From Phoronis australis (lineage: Eukaryota; Animalia; Phoronida), in the NCBI GenBank assembly GCA_002633005.1, contig NMRA01000003.1:200129-264128 (forward strand): a stretch of DNA of 64,000 nucleotides, in the 5' to 3' direction. The translations under genes were made by a program, and so were the position numbers. Position 1 is the first letter of the stretch; each line of letters starts with the position of its first letter. Of this stretch, positions 48,501 to 60,365 are shown piece after piece. Under the pieces are notes generated by a model. The model worked only from the letters and a program-made list of their open reading frames with translations, was not told the origin of the DNA and ran no database searches.

Positions 48501-51500
48501 ATTTGGGTATCCACACACATAGTCTAACAGGAATACTATTACTTATTGCTGCAACACCACACCGAGTGGAAAGTGGGCGCCCACCATTACTGTATCGCCT
48601 CCGGCTGGTAAAACAAGAAAGTAAGACAAGCAACGAGTAAAAACCTACTAGTATGAATTAAAGATAATAGTTAAATAAAACTCGACCTCTTCCGGAGTCG
48701 CACATGGTTATAAGACATGGGCACCGTTTCTTAAAAAGACTTACATTTGGTCTTAGCTACGATGGTTGAATCTTAATTTTTTATTGGCGAACAATTTTTG
48801 AAGCAGGTTCACGAACGTGGGCTGCGCTCAGTTAGAATGTGATCTTCAGTTACATCTATGTCAGTAGCACTCGATTTACTTACTTCAGGTAATCCCCTGT
48901 CTTAGCTTCGAAAAAGGCGCGGGGTCTAATATTTTCACTCGAAATCGAACGCGAAATTATTTTTAACATTTTCTATTCTATTTAAATACAAACTCAAGAT
49001 ATGTGCTTATTATCCTGTGTTTGAATATATTATGGTTTAGGGGGATGACTGCGTAATTTTGCAATTTAGTGACCACAGTATTAAAGCTGTAAGTTTGAAA
49101 TTTCGAGCTTTACTCGAAATCTTGAGTTTTTACTCGAGTTTGCAGCTCGACACTAGGAGGTCATCAAGTGCGAAGTTAGAGTACACTATTTTGCGTAATT
49201 CATAATATACTCGAGCACAGAATGCTGGTTAATTATCTTGCAAAATAGCAAAAACATTTTACAGTTCGATCTCGCGTAAAAAGATTTTATCCTGGACCTA
49301 TATGTACGACCTTCGATAACAAGAGCAACGCGAGCGATGAAATGCGCCCACGTGTGCGTCTAGTGGCGTTTTTTAGTATCATAAAAATGGCCGTTAGATA
49401 GCGCAGAATATGTCAAACACGTCCGAAATTTGGAAGGCGTCGTTGCCTCTCAAATACAAAAGTATTTGCCATAATTTCATGAAAATTCAGGCAAGGAATT
49501 ATCTCCAAACATACAGAGGCACACGTAAAAAAGACAAATTGTCATAGGTCGGGGCAGCAGCAATCGAATAGTCCATCTGTTGTCATGTTAATAGGAATAC
49601 ACTTGTCAAATAGTGATCGTGCAAGGAGTTTGATAGATACAGCCACAGTTACTGGAAAATGGCAGTAGAGGGCACAACAGTAGTTGGCCCCATCTGAAAA
49701 TCCATGCCATAAGTGCTGTTTAGTGTCAGTAGGAATACACCTGCCAATTTTAATAACAATTCTCTGACCGGTTTGGTGGATATAAAGGAACACAGGACAA
49801 CTCAGACTAAAATAATTAAAGTTGCCACTTGGTGGTGCACAATATGTCAAATCTATCTCAAAATAGAAAAGTTTTGTCATCTTAATAGAATTGCCAAATT
49901 TAGTGTAAAATATCCGAGACAAAGGTAAAAAATAAAATTGCAACTAGGGGCTCAGCGGTAGTCAGAGCCGCCCAACACACCGTGGGCAAAAACTGTCACG
50001 TTTATAGGAAAATATATCCAAAAGTTCACAAACATTCTGCAAATGAAACAGAAACTACTACCATGGTCGTAAAAAACACAAATCACAACTTAGGGGACGC
50101 CACAGTTGACAAATGTATTCGCAAATCAACGTAGGCAATGGTCGATCAGGAATGCAACTCAGTGCTTCATACTGATCTTTTGGGCAGTTTGGCGGATAAA
50201 TAGGAGGGCGCTGAATAATTACGAACACGAAATAATAAAAATGACCACTAGGTGACCCAGAATACATCTAATCAGAGAAATATGGAAAGACATCGTAATT
50301 GCCACCTTAACAGAAACCTATAAGCCAAATCTCACAAAAATTCATCAAAAAACTCCAATGATACAGAGGCAAATGTAAGCACTAAAATTCTCACTAAGGG
50401 TGCATCTGTAGTAGGACTGATCTGAAACTCGTCGCTATCCGTTACCGTCTCTACAGGGATACACCTGCCACATTTCATAAGATCATCCAAAGGGTTAAGT
50501 ACGTACAGCCGAGAATGCAAATAACACACCAAAATTGCCACTAAGAATTGTCTAACGTGAGGTAGCCACAAGCGATGAGTAGTACATCCATGAACAGAGG
50601 AGGAGGACAGATTCAACTAGACCTAGCATACAACGCTGTCCTTCCTTATAGCTGATCCCACTGGAGCGTCACACATCCGGGTTCTCGACAAACAACCCTT
50701 AGGTCTCCTATACTGCGGTTTTTTTCATGCGTCTCCATCTCCCTCCCCCCATTTCTATGGTAGTAATCGACAACTAACCTTGACGTATTCCTGAAATGTA
50801 GCACGAAGCTGCCTGAAGCTCCTGCACGCCAGAACTACATTAAACCTGGACTCATTAGTTCCCCACTTCTTCTCTCCAGCGTTGAACAACTCATTGGCCT
50901 CTCTAATGGCAAGCTTATGGTCTACAGTTGTCGATTCTTCTCGCGCAGCCTAGTAGAAGTACAGTATGCTTAAGATTACACGTACGTAGAACTTTATTGG
51001 TAAATCTGAGTATTTGGCTTTTGTTTGGCACGCAAGTCAGGCAAATGTGAGTTTTATTTGTATGTTGGAACCGATTAACTGCAACATTACTTTGACTAAA
51101 GTTCCCTTTTAAGAGTGTTTTGGACAACAGTGCATAAAGCACAGTATCATTTAGTTTCACATGAATCTGACCAGCCATTTCTAACTTGTCATGTTCCGAA
51201 GTGAGCCAATGTAGGGTCCTACATTGCTTTAAACGCCACAAATAATCGAGCAAATTAGACAGTTTAAGCTAAACCTTTATACAGGGTCGCATCACTGTTT
51301 ATATAAGTTCTCATGCGACAGGTGCTTGCATTCGTTACTAACCCGATACACTTATTCCATTGTCTTTTTTAAATTCAACCTTTCAACCCTACCATAAAAC
51401 ATGTTTGTTGAAAATTTTCTTGTCTAGAAGCGTACTTTTACGCACCCCCCCCCCTTGGCTGCCGCAAAGAAAAATAAAACAGCAAGGGCGTGGAGGAAAT

Positions 51501-54500
51501 ATTGTGTTCATTAGTTAACCCCGGTATAACCGGTTTCCCGTCTTTTTTGTTGGTTTCTTTATTTAGGCCTCTAGTTGTTTATCAGGTAGAAGGTACACAT
51601 CCTCGGAATTTTGAACCCACCTTTTATGCTGCGCACACGTATGCAATCGTGCTTTGCACAATTGTCCGAGACAAAATGTTGGCCCCCCTTATGATATCCT
51701 AGATTCGCCCAGATGACCACGTTGACCCAAGACCATGACGAGCCCGTCCGCTCATTTTACGCCCGTATGCGAGGCCAAGCTGGTGTGTGCCAGTGCTCCC
51801 TGTCCTTTCCATCTTGCAACCAACCTGTTGACTGTACTGACTGTGATAACAGAAGTTGTGTGCCAAGGCCTAGCCGAAAAAGACGTCCAGCTCGACTTAT
51901 TGGGGGCTCCAACAGGTCGCAATATCTAGAGGAGGCCCTATTGTTTGTTGAGGAAAAGGAAACGTTCAAAGGCTCCGCTCCACGCCCCGCCAAGCCCACT
52001 CACGTCCACGCAGTAAAAAGCACCTACCGTAGATACGGGGATGCACGCCCAAAACCCCACCCGAAAACATTTTACTTGATAAGCGTCCTGATATGAGCGC
52101 CACATCTACATACTGCGTCCAGACGGGACACGGAAAACAAGCACTGACGAAAATATGCCAAACATCTTGCCCCGCGTTCGGTCACACTTGTGAGAGGTGT
52201 AACACCAAGCATCACTTCCCTGCTGTATCGCGGTGGCCGCTGCACCGAGCAAGATATATGGCACGATATAGGGTAAAGTGAAAACGTGCATTTTAAAAAA
52301 TGTCGGGTTTTGACGGTGAAATCGACACATTTCGTTTCTCAACTAAAACCCGCAAAAACTTGCTGATTAAACTACGATCACCGACTGGATCGTCACTGAC
52401 TTTCCGGCAGCGGGACAGCGGGAGCGAACTTCTCCCAGTGTGTCCACCACCAATCCGTGGGTAATGGATACGTGGGCGCAGGGCAGCCGATCAGGCCTTA
52501 TATGTGTACCACTTCAGATGCCATACTGGGAGACCACAAAAAATATATACGCCGGTCGGCACTTAGTCCGCGGCATCACGACTGCCAACGCAGCATAAAG
52601 CGGGGTCTATCGGCAGGCCGGGATACAGTCCCTAGTCGTGTCCCGGGTACAATGGCGACTAGAGAGGACGCCCTTCGCAACCGCCATATGCTCGACGCGG
52701 AACACTGTTCAGAACACACCCGGCGTCTTCTCACACTCAAAGTGGGTGACACCGTGCGCCTCGAGAAACAGGTTGGCAACCACCTAACCAAATGGGACAA
52801 GACCGGCACCGTCATCGAAGTCCGTCAGTTTGACCAATACCTCAGTAGTCCGCGTTGACGGCTCTGGTCGAGTCACCCTACGGAACAGGAAGTTCCTGCG
52901 ACAGTTCGTTTCCGTACACACCCCATCACACCGTTGCACCTTGTTCGAGCTGACTTGGCTTGTGACCCATAGCCGCCAGCCTTCAACCCCCACATCCTGA
53001 TCCAGGACCGACACTCACCCTCGACACCGTGTTTGGATTCTCCTGCGAAGCCACCACCACACCGCCAGATCTTCCACCCAAATCCACTCCACCGGCAGCA
53101 GTCCCGCAGTCGCCGGCAGCAACGTCACCACCGGCTCCAACAGACAACACGCCGCCGCGACGTTCAGTTCCCTCCGTGAGAAGAATTAAAGCGACCCGCG
53201 TGGTTCAGAGATTTAAATAGTGCCCTAGCTTCCTGTCTGTCGTTTCATTTTATCAGTCCTATTGTGGCTCTCTGTTTCCTTTTCGTCTCCGCTAAGGACT
53301 TGGGGGGAGATAGAGAATTACGGCATATAAATGGCGTTGGCTATTCGCGCTAGCCGCCATGTTCCTTTTGTCTCTGAGTCTATTGTTTAATTAGCTGTAA
53401 GATTTCCTTATTTCTAGTAGCCTTAATACAATCTTTAGCGTTGCTAACCTATCACAATCACACCTCGTATATCGACAACCTATTATTTACTCTCTGTCTC
53501 TGTTTTTTCAGGTTACGATCATTTGTCGTATAGGCCTACTAACATCAATAAACAATAAAGAAGCACTCTTGCGAGTAAGTTCTAGTGACACCGCCAGTGA
53601 GTAGTGTTTCATGGTTTTCTGCTAACTGTTACACGTGTTTTTCTTCGCCACGGGATCGCCGTAGGGTAGTCAGTGTACGTTTCGGTGGTTGTACTGCGGA
53701 AGCACGGCGGTGACGGAGGTGCTACAGCGGTCCTTGAACGGTGCCACTGACGGTCATGACGGCGTTGGATTGGCCCAACCTGTGGTGGCATTGCGGAAGT
53801 TTTGAACATGTTAAAAGTTTCCGCCGTGCCACTACGAAGGTCCGCGGTTTTGACAATTTTCCACGGTGCTGCGGCGATCAATGGTGGAACCACTACTGAA
53901 CCACGGCGATCAATGGCGGAACCACTGTGGAACCAAGGCGATCATTGCGGTGCCTCTGCGATTTATGCCGCACAAGCACTGCAGTGTCACCGCGCTCCGG
54001 TGTGACGGGAGTTTTCCTTATGGGGAGGTTATGTGAGACTAAATTTGACCTTTCGCGATGACTCGATCTCCAGAGGACAGAGCGAGAACGGGAAACAACT
54101 AACAACGACGTCTACTTGGTCGAACGTCAAAATCATCTTGGTTTGCTAGTAAGATTGCGACGTCGGGTGCTACTATTATGATGATTGTATGCTATGCATA
54201 TCTTAACTTTAATTTAAAAAATGATAAAGTCGTGAGCAGTTAGGAAAATCAAGGTGATGTAAGGGAACTGGTGTTACACATGATTCAGTCGTCCAAGGAC
54301 GGAGTACAATAACTGTCCAGATGACAGAAATACGGGACAACTTTTACTGTCGTATAAGGCGCACGCAACTACCAATCTGTCCATACCTGGCACAAAGATA
54401 CCAAAAGTCTTTTGAAATGGCCACTGGTCTCACTTACAACGTCTTTCTCAAGATCGCGTTTGTAGTCTGCAACATTCAGAACAGCATTTTGTAACAGCTT

Positions 54501-57500
54501 GCTTTTGCAAAGTTTCACGTTCATGGAATTCTAAACAGTCAAATACATGGTTTAACAAACAAGTGCAGATTATTTTATGAACATATATCCCAATTAAGCA
54601 CGACCGATTTGTCTTTACAGCAGATCACAAACTATATCATAGTTCTTTGAATGTCAACTCATCCCATATAAAGGCTCATTTTTATTCATTTTGGGCTCAG
54701 CTTCCTGATCAGAAGATTGATTCCGTATTTCCGGCGGCACAGCAAATTTGAATAGTCTTCTGACAACCCAACATGAGAGGTCAAACGCGAAACAGCTGGC
54801 CACCGGGAAAGGGAGTTGAAATGTTTGTCAGTCTGTGTAATTTGCAATGAACACGGGGGACACGGCAGGGAGAGGGGGTTTAAACGACCGGGTTTCAGCA
54901 GAAGGGAGGGCTTCATGTGATGGGCTGGATCGCCATGTCCTCGTTCGTTGTGGGACCTCATGGCCACTACGCCAATGCTGTTGCCACTTGCATCAGAAAA
55001 TGATTTTTTGACAACGTACTGGAGCCCCGTTCTGACACACGTTGCTCTGCCATTGATCTCGACCTCGCCCCAATGAAACTGGTGAATGCCAATAAAACAT
55101 TCAGAGTATGCTTAGGTACAATAAACGAGATACATGTTAAGCACTGTATCGACCTATGTATCATTGGGGTGAAACGACTCTGTCGCAGCATGAGGCCTGC
55201 CAAAGTAAAAACGATGTATTTTAAACTGCGCTAATCAAACGACTTACACTGGCTATAGGCAGTACGGATCTCATTAATTTCAACGTTTGTTCTGGTGCAG
55301 AGTATTTCAATTAAGTCAGGCTCTTGCGTTCCTGCGCCTCTCATTGCTCTGCGGAGTGACTTGGCATCGAGGAGTGCAGGAGGCTCAAACATAGCAAGGA
55401 GAACTTCCTCCAAGTTCCCAGATAGTTCTGATTTCAATTCCATTATCAGGTCCTAGGAGTAGACAGAAGGACCATAAAAGCAACTCCTATTGACTTAATT
55501 CATGTTATGTACAAAGAGTAAAGTTGAGAAAAGTCCTGCATAGCGGCTATGAATAAATGGCATACTTAATTGAGAACACGATTGGGCAGCTTGATACAAT
55601 TGCACATTCATGCTCTCTGTACAGTTTACGATCGAATACTGTACAGAGATTGTGATATAATGTATATCAAGGTGTCCAATAGAAAGCATATGAGTCGTGT
55701 TTTCAATCAATTTTTGTTACTGAAGGGCTGCTATAAAACTAGAAAAGACATACAAGGATGAATATATAACTCTAATATAAAATTGTTTTGTGTTAGAAAC
55801 AATCATGTCACAAGATTAGGATACCTTTCCATACATAGTTTTGAACTGTTTCTTGATTTGCTGTCGCTGAGAGTTTGATCTGGTAGTAATAAGATCGACA
55901 ATTGCTTCTCTATCGGTCCCTGAAAATAAAAAGATCACAGTGTGTTAACCGGCGATCACATCAGTTCGGACGTCTCAGCTATTGTTATGAGATCTCACCG
56001 GCACCAGGGGGGGGGGCTCGGGGAGCTCGAATGAGCCCCCCNNNNNNCCCCCCCCCCCCCCCAATTGGCGAAGTGGGCAAAAAGGTCCGCCCCCGAGAGA
56101 CAAAAAGTCCGAGAAAATGGGAAAAAAGTCCACTAAGTAACCGCAAAGTCGCAATTCACTGAGGTACTCCCGTTTTTTTATTATTAGTCCGCCCGCTCTT
56201 TTGTTAGCGAATGGTCCACAACGTCGGGAATTCGAGCCCCCCATATCGAAGACTGGGTGCGCGCATGCAGCGTATGCATTTGCGATATAAGAAGCGCTGT
56301 AGGAAATGGTGCTTGGCTTGTTCCCTGCCTATGCGCACACTCAGCCTAAAATATAGGGTGCTCGAATTTCGCGATATGTGGACCTTTTACTGGAAAAATA
56401 AGGAGAAGACTAAAAAAAGTAGGGTCCTAGGCTCAGACGCATGAATTGTGCATTCGCGACGAATTCCTGTGGACTTTTGTCTAGTTTCCTCGGACTTTCT
56501 GTTTAATTCTTTGAGTCGGACCTTTTTGCCCACTTCGCCAATGGGGGGGTCGATCGAGCGCATGAAATACTGCCATTCGCGGAACACCTCGGGTATTGTC
56601 GTATAGCGTCAACTAATTTTTGCTTGGAGAAAATCGTGACTGCGCGTGCAAACTTCACTCATTACAGTAAGTCACACGATACTTAAAATGGTGAATCTTA
56701 TGTCGTCGATTACGCCTTGGTGTACCTGTGATTACGGGCTTAGAGTTAACAGCACATCAAGAGGCAGATCAAGGATTGCGAATGAGGTTGGGTACGATGT
56801 TTGAAAGCTGCTGTGTTAAAGCCATAATTCCAGTCGTTTCTTGGCCTAATCCATGAGGCTTTGTTGTTATGACTGAAATTCGAGCGTACGCAAACATGAA
56901 ACACCTCCGAGAGAACCGGAACACCTCGGGCATTACCGTAGCCTCCATTTATCCCTTGGAAGCATTTTACATCTGCGCGTGTGCGCATGCACTTCAATCA
57001 TTATAGCAAGTAACGTGACTCACAAAATAGAGAATACAGTCGAGCGGCGCCGGAAATGACCTATCCCCAGGATTTTGAGTGACAGCTTAACTGACCATTT
57101 AGAACTCATCATTCTTGACACACCTTCGTTTTCAAGCCGCCATTTTACCGGACAAACAACCCTTAGTGTTTGTTAGTCGACATTACGCAAGGGCCGGGCG
57201 GAGCTTGCGATAGGTCAATTCTTTGAGAAAAAGTATCGATATACTCATAATCACTACCCACACTATTGTCTTAGTTGTCTCATATACTCCGATAGTCACA
57301 CTGGTGCCTCGACACACATTGCAATTTGTTGTTTGATGTGGAGCACGCCGATTCCGCTGTCTTTTTCTATCAACTTATGAGAACCCTCAATAGCCCATCA
57401 TTACCCGTTATTTTTTATGACAAAACTAGAGTTATAGAACTTACGCCGCATCAGCAACATTATGTGCATTCAGGCTGTCGGTGTATCCTCCCATTCAGCA

Positions 57501-60365
57501 ACTCCACGGCCGGGCTAGTGTCAATCGTACAACAGGATAGTATGATACGATAATCGGACTGCACAGACATAACTGGTTTTCACTAATAGGAGTGAAAAAA
57601 CAGACCAGCTTTACGAAGTCAGCCACGACAGGAATAAATGACATACTTCATGCAGTTACTTACCAAGTCCTCTCATTGCAGTCCTTAGTACTTCGCTATC
57701 TGCTTCAGCATTAAATGAACTAGGAGCCTGAACTGTGCCTTGCCCAATCTCTTCATTTGCACTTAGTTGTTGGGCCCTGACTTGCTGCACATTTGCATCC
57801 CCAGCCTTACCTACACAGGAACACTCATTTTAAGACGTTTGACACAATTTCTTATTTGATTATTTAAACATTATCTTATTTGGCTCTGTTACATCCGCCT
57901 AAACAGAGGAATTTCAGGCAAAAATGCGAAGTTTCCTTGTTAACACACTAAAATTTGCCGCTTTACTTTCGAATTAAATCATAGCAAATGTCTACATAAC
58001 ACTTGCGTTTAGCCGTTCTCATGTTATTGTTGGGACATTTGATGAGGCACACTTTCATTTCACGCCATAAATATAGGTTATCCCACATACACAGGAACAC
58101 TACATCCAAGGCCTATCGAGCATTCATTTCATCTGGAAATGTACTAACAAAACCGAGGTCGAGTTGGGACATTGCCAGATAAAGTGAATTCGAGATTAGA
58201 TATCATAGTAGTATTCCTAATTATATGGGGGAAAACCTATTTATCCCTTACGTATGAAATCATTTGCTTCGCGGTGATATCTTGTTGCCACGTGCCTTGG
58301 CTTGTTGTTGTGTGACGTCATACATATCTTGTAAGCCCACCCGCGCCGGCAACAAGCTTTTCTACATGATGTTGAATAATTAGAAAAGTTTTATTTCGTA
58401 ACAATTAACAAGAGTTTGTAAAATACACAAGTCACAACAATGAACCATTGATTACCTTAAAACTTAGAAACGGTCCACCCGGGAAAAACACACTTAACAG
58501 TTGTCCAGAGGTTTGTCATTATTATCTTCGATAAATTTTTCAAGTCTATTTTTCATTTCTTAGCTTCTGAAATCATGGGCGGATACAGGATTTTGAGTTG
58601 GAGGGGGGGCAGGGCAGAGTATTAGCTAAGGTTTTGTCCATCAGACATTTGCACTCCGGAACTGCCACATGGAATTTGGGAGAATTTTAGGCGGGGCCAT
58701 GGTCCCCTTGGCTCCCCTCTAAATCCGCGACTGGAAATGGAGATTGGGATACAGATATTTTCCCGGTTGATTATAGCATGGGAAAATAACGAAAGAAACT
58801 GTGTTTGGTGAAGTAGCTGATTTCGCGAAACTTGAGATAAGGACTGCTGCGAAAGTCGAGGAATGCTGCCAGCAGACGTTTGTGTCAGTAAAGAAATATG
58901 TACTTGATATTGGGTCGCAATTTCCTGTAGACACCTTAGTTATCAATGTATATATACTGCCTTCATAACAAAAAGTTTTCGTTTGATTTGAATTAGATTT
59001 TTGCCCGATTTTGTTGGGGACGTTATGTAGACAAATGATCCACTTTTGATGACCCAGATTAAAGATCGGGCCTGATCACCGTGGGTCCGAATTTTTATCG
59101 GTAAACGTTTGCGGACACGTTATAGTTTTTATAGCTATAAAAATGAATTTTCAGGAATGACATCTTGCATGAATATTTTAGATATCTAGACCAATCAAAT
59201 TTGCCGTCATGCACGCAAAATATGCTCTACAATTACAGAGGAGATTGTTCACCAAATGTGGAATACGGCTTTACCAAGGAATACAGATTAGCTCTACCTT
59301 CCCGTATTCCTTGGTGTGTTCCATGGCCGTAGACACACACATATATAAAATAATAACAAAAACTCAACGCAAAATCAAAACTATTGAAATGAATCGAAAT
59401 GAAACATAAAATAATATGCAAATGTTTCATAGATCAGTAAATGTAGTAAAACAACGACTGCTTTACGGCTTTTTGGAAAACTGTCAAATTTCTTTTAAAA
59501 GAGCTATAAACTTACCTTTCCAGTAAGCGTTCGAGCCTATGGTTAATTTCAACACCTCCGTCTGCCTTAGGTGTATGGTAAAACAACAGAACTTGCTGTT
59601 ACCGAGTGGAACTACTCGATCTAAATTGATACAAAATTGGTTATTTTTTTGGGTGGCATTCTTCTTTAATATCATGTTGACGCTTATCTCGTGATTGCAG
59701 TACATCGATTTTGACTTACTTGGGTGGTATCCAGTACCATGTGGATATCCAGTTCCAGTTTGATTTCCTGATGGAGGGTGTTCAGACACAGGTGGATATC
59801 CGGGGCCAGATGGGTATTTCGTTCCAACTGGATATCCTGTAGGAGGGTGTCCAGAAACAGATGTATATCCGGGGCCAGATGGAAATCTAGGAACAGACGG
59901 ATATTCGGGACGAGAAGGATATCCTGCAGGAGGGTGTCCAGGAACAGGCGGATATCCGGGGCCAGATGGATATCCTGAAGGAGGGTGATCAGAAACAGGC
60001 GGATATCCGGTGCCAGATGGATATCCTGAAGGAGGGTGTCCAGAAACAGGCGGATATCCGGGGCCAGATGGATGTCCAGTTCCAGTTGGATATCCTGGAG
60101 GTGGGTGTCCAGGAGCAGACGGATATCCAGGGGCAGTTGGATATCCTGCAGGAGGGTGCGAAGGAACAGGCGGATATCCGGGGCCAGATGGATGTCCAGT
60201 TCCAGTTGGATATCCTGGAAGTGGGTGTCCAGAAGCAGGCGGATATCCAGGGGCAGTTGGATATCCTGCAGGAGGGTGCGAAGGAACAGGCGGATATCCG
60301 GAGCCGGATGGATATCCTGACTGCCCAGGTGGTGGTGGTGGGTAGCCAGCAAGGGGTGGTACCAT
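45510..60365 (-). CDS. ANXA7: Annexin A7/A11-like protein with long GYPP/His-rich N-terminus, about 552 aa; exons 60365-59720, 57810-57664, 55919-55825, 55452-55248, 54466-54387, 50949-50779, 47324-47136, 45635-45510
   Basis: Four annexin repeats: [73 protein letters not shown] and [34 protein letters not shown] in repeat II is as in ANXA7. A possible upstream start is ATG|gtaagg at 60737-60735 spliced to 60398 ([16 protein letters not shown]). Confidence 0.92.
47367..48973. repeat. 804-bp near-identical tandem duplication with N at the junction (probable allelic/assembly duplication)
   Basis: Units 47367-48169 and 48171-48973 differ by scattered SNPs; N at 48170. Confidence 0.9.
47475..47639 (+). 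mobile_element. MITE, short variant, 5-bp TSD TAATC (second copy at 48279-48443 in the duplication)
   Basis: CAGAAGCGGATCCAGG...CTAAATCTCCCACTG flanked by TAATC on both sides. Confidence 0.8.
51713..53547 (+). mobile_element. Degenerate, internally deleted Ty3/Gypsy LTR retrotransposon, antisense in an annexin intron
   Basis: Gag-like [21 protein letters not shown]; zinc-knuckle region [26 protein letters not shown]; integrase C-terminus [43 protein letters not shown] (frameshifted); polypurine tract TGGGGGGAGA at 53301-53310; putative LTR to about 53547 ending in CA. No reverse transcriptase seen. Confidence 0.8.
53640..54012. repeat. GC-rich interspersed repeat fragment (DNA-transposon-like end CGGTGTGACGGG)
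   Basis: CpG-rich block with recurring CGGCGATCAATGG/GGAACCAC motifs, unlike the surrounding intron. Confidence 0.4.
56005..56564. repeat. MITE-like fragments forming an inverted repeat (56061-56089 / 56517-56545)
   Basis: CCAATTGGCGAAGTGGGCAAAAAGGTCCG versus CGGACCTTTTTGCCCACTTCGCCAATGGG, with poly-G/C tracts and an N gap at 56042-56047. Confidence 0.6.
58574..58733 (+). mobile_element. MITE, short variant, 5-bp TSD GAAAT
   Basis: CATGGGCGGATACAGG...CTAAATCCGCGACTG flanked by GAAAT at 58569-58573 and 58734-58738. Confidence 0.8.
59730..60325 (-). repeat. Coding tandem repeat in the annexin N-terminus (54-nt units plus a near-perfect 120-nt duplication)
   Basis: 60061-60180 is nearly identical to 60181-60300; GGATATCC recurs; encodes (GYPPV.GHPP.GYPSG.G)n. 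Confidence 0.9.

Noticed and set aside
47593-48633. Twin 78-aa ORFs suggesting a duplicated small gene
   Set aside because: By-product of the 804-bp duplication and MITE sequence; no coding hallmarks.
55453-55824. GTATCCT donor suggesting a U12 intron in the annexin
   Set aside because: It reads GTATCCTA rather than GTATCCTT, there is no TCCTTAAC branch point, and a normal polypyrimidine tract is present.
974-60365. Functional endolysosome/membrane gene cluster (FNIP, HAP40, MBOAT7, annexin)
   Set aside because: The thematic link is loose and post hoc; without conserved synteny or co-expression data it cannot be told apart from ordinary housekeeping-gene neighbourhood.
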